64,000 bases of DNA, taken from NCBI GenBank assembly GCA_964507105.1, contig CAZDOR010000001.1, positions 4,722 to 68,721 of the forward strand, given 5' to 3'. A program made the translations under genes and the position numbers. Shown piece by piece: positions 59,889 to 64,000 of this stretch (within the stretch, counting starts at the first letter, position 1; the number at the start of each line of letters is the position of its first letter). Source of the stretch: an uncultured Candidatus Saccharibacteria bacterium (GTDB lineage Bacteria > Patescibacteriota > Minisyncoccia > Minisyncoccales > PWPS01). The notes beneath the pieces were generated by a model. It was not told where the DNA came from. It did no database searches and saw only the letters and a list, made by a program, of their open reading frames with translations.

Positions 59889-60938
59889 ATGAAAGACAAA
59901 TTAAAAGAAAAAAATTTATTGGAAATCCCGAAGAAAGGAGAAATTGTAGAAGGAAAAATAGTCGGAAAAGGCAGAGCGGCGGCCTATGTTGACTTGGGAA
60001 TATTCGGAACGGGAATAATTTTCGGAAACGAATTTTACAAGGCAAAAGACGAACTGAAAGATCTCGATAACGGGGAATCCGTTTCAATAAAAATTAAGGA
60101 AATAGACGGAAAAGACGGATACGTCGAAGTTTCCAGACACGAAGCCAGAAAAGATATGGCTTGGGATGTCTTGGAAGAGAAAAAGGAAGAAAGCGAAACG
60201 ATTACGGTGAAGATAGAAGGAGCCAACAAAGGAGGATTGTTAACTAAATTATTCGGTATTTCAGCTTTTCTCCCTTCTTCCCAGCTCTCTTCGGAAAATT
60301 ATCCCCACGTAGAGGGAGGAGATAGAAATAAAATACTGGAAGAGCTACAAAAATTAGTCGGAGAAAAACTCGAGGTCAGAATCTTGGACTTGGATAAGGA
60401 TGATGAAAAAATTATTCTTTCTGAAAAAATAAGAGAAATGGAAAAGAAAGAAGAAGCTCTTGAAGATTATTCGGAAGGAGACGTAGTGGAAGGAAAAATA
60501 ACGGGAATAGTAGATTTCGGAGCATTTATAAAATTCGGAGAAGAAATAGAAGGGTTGATTCATATTTCCGAATTGGACTGGAGTCTCGTCTCTCATCCGT
60601 CGGATATGCTTGAAGAGGGAGAAAAAACGAAAGCAAAGATAATAAAAATAGAAGACGGAAAAGTATTTCTTTCACTGAAAGCACTGAAAGAGGATCCCTG
60701 GAAAACAATCAAAAAAGAACACTCAAAAGGTGATACTATCAAAGGAAAAGTGACCAAATTCGTTTCTTTCGGAGCTTTCGTTGAGCTGGACTCCGGAATT
60801 CAAGGGCTCTGTCATATTTCCGAGTTCGGCACAAAAGACAGAATGGAAGCTTCTTTGGAGGTCGGTCGAGATTACGAATTCGAAATTCTTTCCATGGATG
60901 CCGATGATCATCGATTAAGTTTACGATTGAAAAAATAA
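59889..60938 (+). CDS. rpsA: 30S ribosomal protein S1 (four S1 domains)
   Basis: NKGGL, FLPSSQL, FGAF/GLIHISEL repeats; ATG 59889 preferred. Confidence 0.93.
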   Translation: MKDKLKEKNLLEIPKKGEIVEGKIVGKGRAAAYVDLGIFGTGIIFGNEFYKAKDELKDLDNGESVSIKIKEIDGKDGYVEVSRHEARKDMAWDVLEEKKEESETITVKIEGANKGGLLTKLFGISAFLPSSQLSSENYPHVEGGDRNKILEELQKLVGEKLEVRILDLDKDDEKIILSEKIREMEKKEEALEDYSEGDVVEGKITGIVDFGAFIKFGEEIEGLIHISELDWSLVSHPSDMLEEGEKTKAKIIKIEDGKVFLSLKALKEDPWKTIKKEHSKGDTIKGKVTKFVSFGAFVELDSGIQGLCHISEFGTKDRMEASLEVGRDYEFEILSMDADDHRLSLRLKK

Positions 60939-60953
60939 AAAGCGGAACAACTT

Positions 60954-60983
60954 AAAAAGAGCCCTATCCGGAGGCTCTTTTTT
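60954..60983. terminator. Bidirectional terminator between rpsA and the tRNA cluster
   Basis: AAAAAGAGCC-N9-GGCTCTTTTT. Confidence 0.75.
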
Positions 60984-60987
60984 AATG

Positions 60988-61060
60988 TCTCCTCGGGAGG
61001 ACTCGAACCCCCACCTGCGGCTTAGGAGGCCACTGCTCTATCCGGTTGAGCTACGAGGAG
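60988..61060 (-). tRNA. tRNA-Arg(CCT)
   Basis: Anticodon arm GTGGC-CTCCTAA-GCCGC. Confidence 0.94.
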
Positions 61061-61076
61061 TATTTAAGTAAATTTG

Positions 61077-61152
61077 GGCGACCGACGGGACTCGAACCCG
61101 CAGAAACTCCTGAACCACAATCAGGTGCTTTACCAATTAAGCTACGGTCGCC
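61077..61152 (-). tRNA. tRNA-His(GTG)
   Basis: Anticodon arm CCTGA-TTGTGGT-TCAGG; encoded G-1:C73. Confidence 0.94.
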
Positions 61153-61155
61153 ATG

Positions 61156-61228
<73 letters not shown>

Positions 61229-61238
61229 TCGCGTAACT

Positions 61239-61266
61239 ATTATACAAATTAATCTATTTTAGTCAA
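61239..61266 (-). promoter_or_regulatory. Promoter of the tRNA Arg-His-Arg operon
   Basis: TTGACT-N16-TATAAT. Confidence 0.75.
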
Positions 61267-61282
61267 CGAACTCTAAATGAGC

Positions 61283-61310
61283 TTGATTTTAAAAAAAAAT
61301 ATGTTATTCT
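61283..61310 (+). promoter_or_regulatory. ftsH promoter
   Basis: TTGATT-N16-TATTCT with TG extension. Confidence 0.5.
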
Positions 61311-61322
61311 ATATAGACGTAA

Positions 61323-63149
61323 ATGTTTAAAAATTTAAGTAAAAACTTAATATCTTTTTTCTTAATACTCCTGCTATTGGTTTCTCTTTTTTCCATAGCC
61401 TCGGAAGAGTTCGGTTTTTTTGAACAGCCCAAAAAAATTTCAACCGGCAGGTTGGTTGAAAAAATAAATGAAGGTTCCGTTTCCAGAATGATCTCAATAG
61501 GAAACGAAATCGAAATTATCCTTGAAGACGAAACGACAAAAACAACGAGAAAAGAAACCGATACTCCGCTAATGGATTTTCTCATCAGCTGGGGAGCAGA
61601 GCAGGATGCAATTAGAGAAATCGAAATAGAATATGAAGAGGAACCGGACTGGAGTTGGCTCGGCACTCTTCTTATTGTCTTTTTGCCATTGATTTTTCTA
61701 ATAGTGTTTTTTCAGTTGATAATGAAAAAAGCCAAGGGAGGAGCCAGTAGTGCTTTGGACTTTTCAAAAACCAAAGCTCGTCTTTTCGGAGAAGGAGGAC
61801 TTCCGAAAAAAGATGTTGATTTTGAAGATGTAGCCGGACTGGAAGAAGCTAAAGAAGAGCTGAAAGAAATCGTAGAATTTTTAAAGGATCCGAAAAGGTT
61901 TTCGGAAGTCGGAGCCGAAATTCCCCGGGGAGTCCTGTTAACCGGTCCGCCGGGAACGGGAAAAACACTTTTAGCTCAAGCGGTTTCCGGAGAAGCGGAT
62001 GTTCCTTTTTTTGAAATTTCCGGATCAGAATTCATAGAAATGTTTGTCGGAGTCGGATCCGGAAGAGTTAGAGATTTGTTCAAAAAAGCTAAAAACAAAC
62101 AGCCTTGTATCGTATACATAGACGAGCTGGATGCAATAGGCCGAAAAAGAGGAGCGGGCCTCGGAGGGGGAAACGACGAAAGAGAACAAACTCTCAATCA
62201 AATTCTGGTTGAATTGGACGGTTTCGAAAAAGAAACGAAAGTTATCGTTCTCGCCAGCACGAACAGGCCCGATGTTCTGGACCCCGCTCTTCTCAGACCG
62301 GGAAGGTTCGACAGGAAAATAATTCTGGATTCTCCGGATCTCAAGTCAAGAAAGAAAATATTGGAAATACACACCAGAAAAAAACCGCTGTCGGATGATG
62401 TCAATTTGCAGGAAGTGGCGGAAAGAACTCCGGGATTTTCCGGAGCCGATCTGGAAAACTTAACTAACGAAGCGGCAATTCTAACCGCAAGAAGAGAAAA
62501 AAAGAAAATAACCCAGACGGAGTTTTTGGAGTCGATAGAAAAAGTGCTTCTCGGGCCGGAACGAAAAAGTCATATTTTAACAAAGAAAGAAAAAGAAATA
62601 AGTGCCTATCACGAAGCGGGTCACGCCCTGATGTCTCATTTACTTGCAGAAACACAAGAAGTCAGAAAAGTTTCCATTATTTCCAGAGGACGTGCGGCCG
62701 GATATACTTTAAAAATGCCGATGGAAGAGAAGAAAATGAAAAACAAAACCGAATATTCAGCTGAAATAGCCGTACTGCTGGGTGGTTACAGTGCTGAAAA
62801 AATAGTGTATAATGAAACGACGACCGGAGCTTCCAACGATCTTGAAAAAGCTTCTAAATATGCGAGAAAATTAGTTAAAAAATACGGTATGTCATCCCTG
62901 GGGCCGATTTCTTACGGCGGGGAAAGAGAGCATGTTTTTTTGGGAGAAGAAATATCGGAAGAAAAAAATTATTCTGAAGAAGTAGCCGCCAAGATAGACA
63001 AAGAAATTTCCAAAATAATAAGGGAAGCTGAAAACAAAGCGACCGAATTATTGAAAGAAAATCAAGAAAAATTGGAAGAATTAGCTAAGACCCTGATAGA
63101 AAAAGAAACGATTGAAAAAGAAGAATTCGAACAAATCGTAGATAATTAA
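61323..63149 (+). CDS. ftsH: ATP-dependent zinc metalloprotease FtsH
   Basis: Two TM, GPPGTGKT, DEREQTLNQ, HEAGH. Confidence 0.99.
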   Translation: MFKNLSKNLISFFLILLLLVSLFSIASEEFGFFEQPKKISTGRLVEKINEGSVSRMISIGNEIEIILEDETTKTTRKETDTPLMDFLISWGAEQDAIREIEIEYEEEPDWSWLGTLLIVFLPLIFLIVFFQLIMKKAKGGASSALDFSKTKARLFGEGGLPKKDVDFEDVAGLEEAKEELKEIVEFLKDPKRFSEVGAEIPRGVLLTGPPGTGKTLLAQAVSGEADVPFFEISGSEFIEMFVGVGSGRVRDLFKKAKNKQPCIVYIDELDAIGRKRGAGLGGGNDEREQTLNQILVELDGFEKETKVIVLASTNRPDVLDPALLRPGRFDRKIILDSPDLKSRKKILEIHTRKKPLSDDVNLQEVAERTPGFSGADLENLTNEAAILTARREKKKITQTEFLESIEKVLLGPERKSHILTKKEKEISAYHEAGHALMSHLLAETQEVRKVSIISRGRAAGYTLKMPMEEKKMKNKTEYSAEIAVLLGGYSAEKIVYNETTTGASNDLEKASKYARKLVKKYGMSSLGPISYGGEREHVFLGEEISEEKNYSEEVAAKIDKEISKIIREAENKATELLKENQEKLEELAKTLIEKETIEKEEFEQIVDN

Positions 63150-63156
63150 TAAAAAA

Positions 63157-63229
63157 GGGCGCATAGCTCAACGGTCAGAGCACTGTTCTTATAAAGCAGA
63201 GGCTCCAGGTTCGAGTCCTGGTGCGCCCA
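63157..63229 (+). tRNA. tRNA-Ile(TAT)
   Basis: GGGCGCA...TGCGCCCA; anticodon arm CTGTT-CTTATAA-AGCAG. Confidence 0.92.
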
Positions 63230-63240
63230 CATCAAAAGAC

Positions 63241-63312
63241 GGGCGGCTAGCTCAAGGGCAGAGCGCTTCCTTGACGTGGAAGAGGTTAAAGGTTCGAATC
63301 CTTTGCCGCCCA
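63241..63312 (+). tRNA. tRNA-Val(GAC)
   Basis: Anticodon arm CTTCC-TTGACGT-GGAAG. Confidence 0.95.
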
Positions 63313-63406
63313 CAATTCGATGAAATTGATTTCAAGACAAGAAGGTTTACTTATCAGTCGATTTCCATTATTATCTTTTTAGAAACCTTGAGCATCGAAA
63401 TCGGAA

Positions 63407-64000
63407 ATGAAAAAGAGCGAAATTCACAATAGCCGTGAATTACTGGTCATAAACAAGTCGGCCGGCGAAGAAGTTCACAATTTGGCAAAAAAAATAAGCT
63501 CCTTTTATACTGAACTGAAAACACTTCCTCGGCACGGGCTGGCTCATAGGCTGGATCGAGAAACTTCCGGAGTTCTTCTTTTCGGAAAAAATAGGGAAGT
63601 TTTAAGATTAATCAAAAAAAAATTCAAGGAAAGGAAAGTTAAAAAAAAATATTTTGCTCTGGTATGGAGGCAGATTAAAAAAGATCAAGGCGAAATAAAG
63701 ACTGTAATGAGAAGAGGGGGGGACAGAAGAAAGCATCAATCCTATCCTCTCACGGAGGAAGGAAGGGAAGCAACAAGCCGTTACGAGGTTCTTGAAAGGT
63801 TCGAGGAGCACAGCTTGATAGAGGTTATTCCGATAACGGGAAGAAGACACCAAATAAGAAGTCAATTCGCCTATTTGGGACACCCCGTAGCAGGAGATAA
63901 GCTTTACGGTTTCAAAGATCAAAAAAATCCGAAAAAAATAAAGCGCCACTTTCTGCACAGCAAATCGATAGAATTAACGTTGAGGAAGAAAAGAAGAAAG
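63407..64000 (+). CDS. RluA-family pseudouridine synthase (runs off window)
   Basis: Manual translation: LLVINKSAG, HRLDRETSGVLLF, TGRRHQIR, GHPVAGDKLYG, FLHS. Confidence 0.93.
   Translation, partial: MKKSEIHNSRELLVINKSAGEEVHNLAKKISSFYTELKTLPRHGLAHRLDRETSGVLLFGKNREVLRLIKKKFKERKVKKKYFALVWRQIKKDQGEIKTVMRRGGDRRKHQSYPLTEEGREATSRYEVLERFEEHSLIEVIPITGRRHQIRSQFAYLGHPVAGDKLYGFKDQKNPKKIKRHFLHSKSIELTLRKKRRK

Noticed and set aside
61075-61077. tRNA-His appearing to encode CCA
   Set aside because: The first C is the C73 discriminator paired with G-1, so it also follows the N73+CA pattern.
63320-63382. 20-codon ORF upstream of the RluA-family gene
   Set aside because: Very short with no recognisable features; the RluA frame starts at ATG 63407.

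Overview
A gene-dense, AT-rich bacterial chromosome segment using standard genetic code 11. Several traits point to Patescibacteria/CPR (Parcubacteria-like): gene content and order, compact RpoB/ValS/S1, a CPR-type type IV pilus locus, orphan VirB2-like pilins, and no Shine-Dalgarno motifs. The strongly acidic surface proteins suggest a saline habitat (inference). It is mostly core genes: dnaG (partial), groES/EL, secG, rnj, trpS, ychF-rpsF-ssb-rpsR, recA, ftsK, rpoBC, rodA, ligA, a full pil locus, recG, tsaD, valS, gyrA, rpsA, ftsH, an RluA-family gene (partial) and 12 tRNA genes. There is one accessory operon (GT4-YdcF-GT2-GT4 plus two B12 radical SAM genes). The most striking signals are: (1) all 12 tRNA genes end in discriminator+CA rather than CCA; (2) tRNA-Ile(UAU) and tRNA-Arg(GCG), implying decoding without lysidine or inosine; (3) a 367-bp exact repeat inside two otherwise divergent radical SAM genes; (4) tandem mosaic major pilins; (5) extra domains grafted onto pilus proteins (a ligand-less cupredoxin-like domain and a ~158-aa PilN insert); (6) an AAAGGTCG 5'-UTR motif; (7) several candidate structured RNAs. 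All calls were made by eye without database searches.
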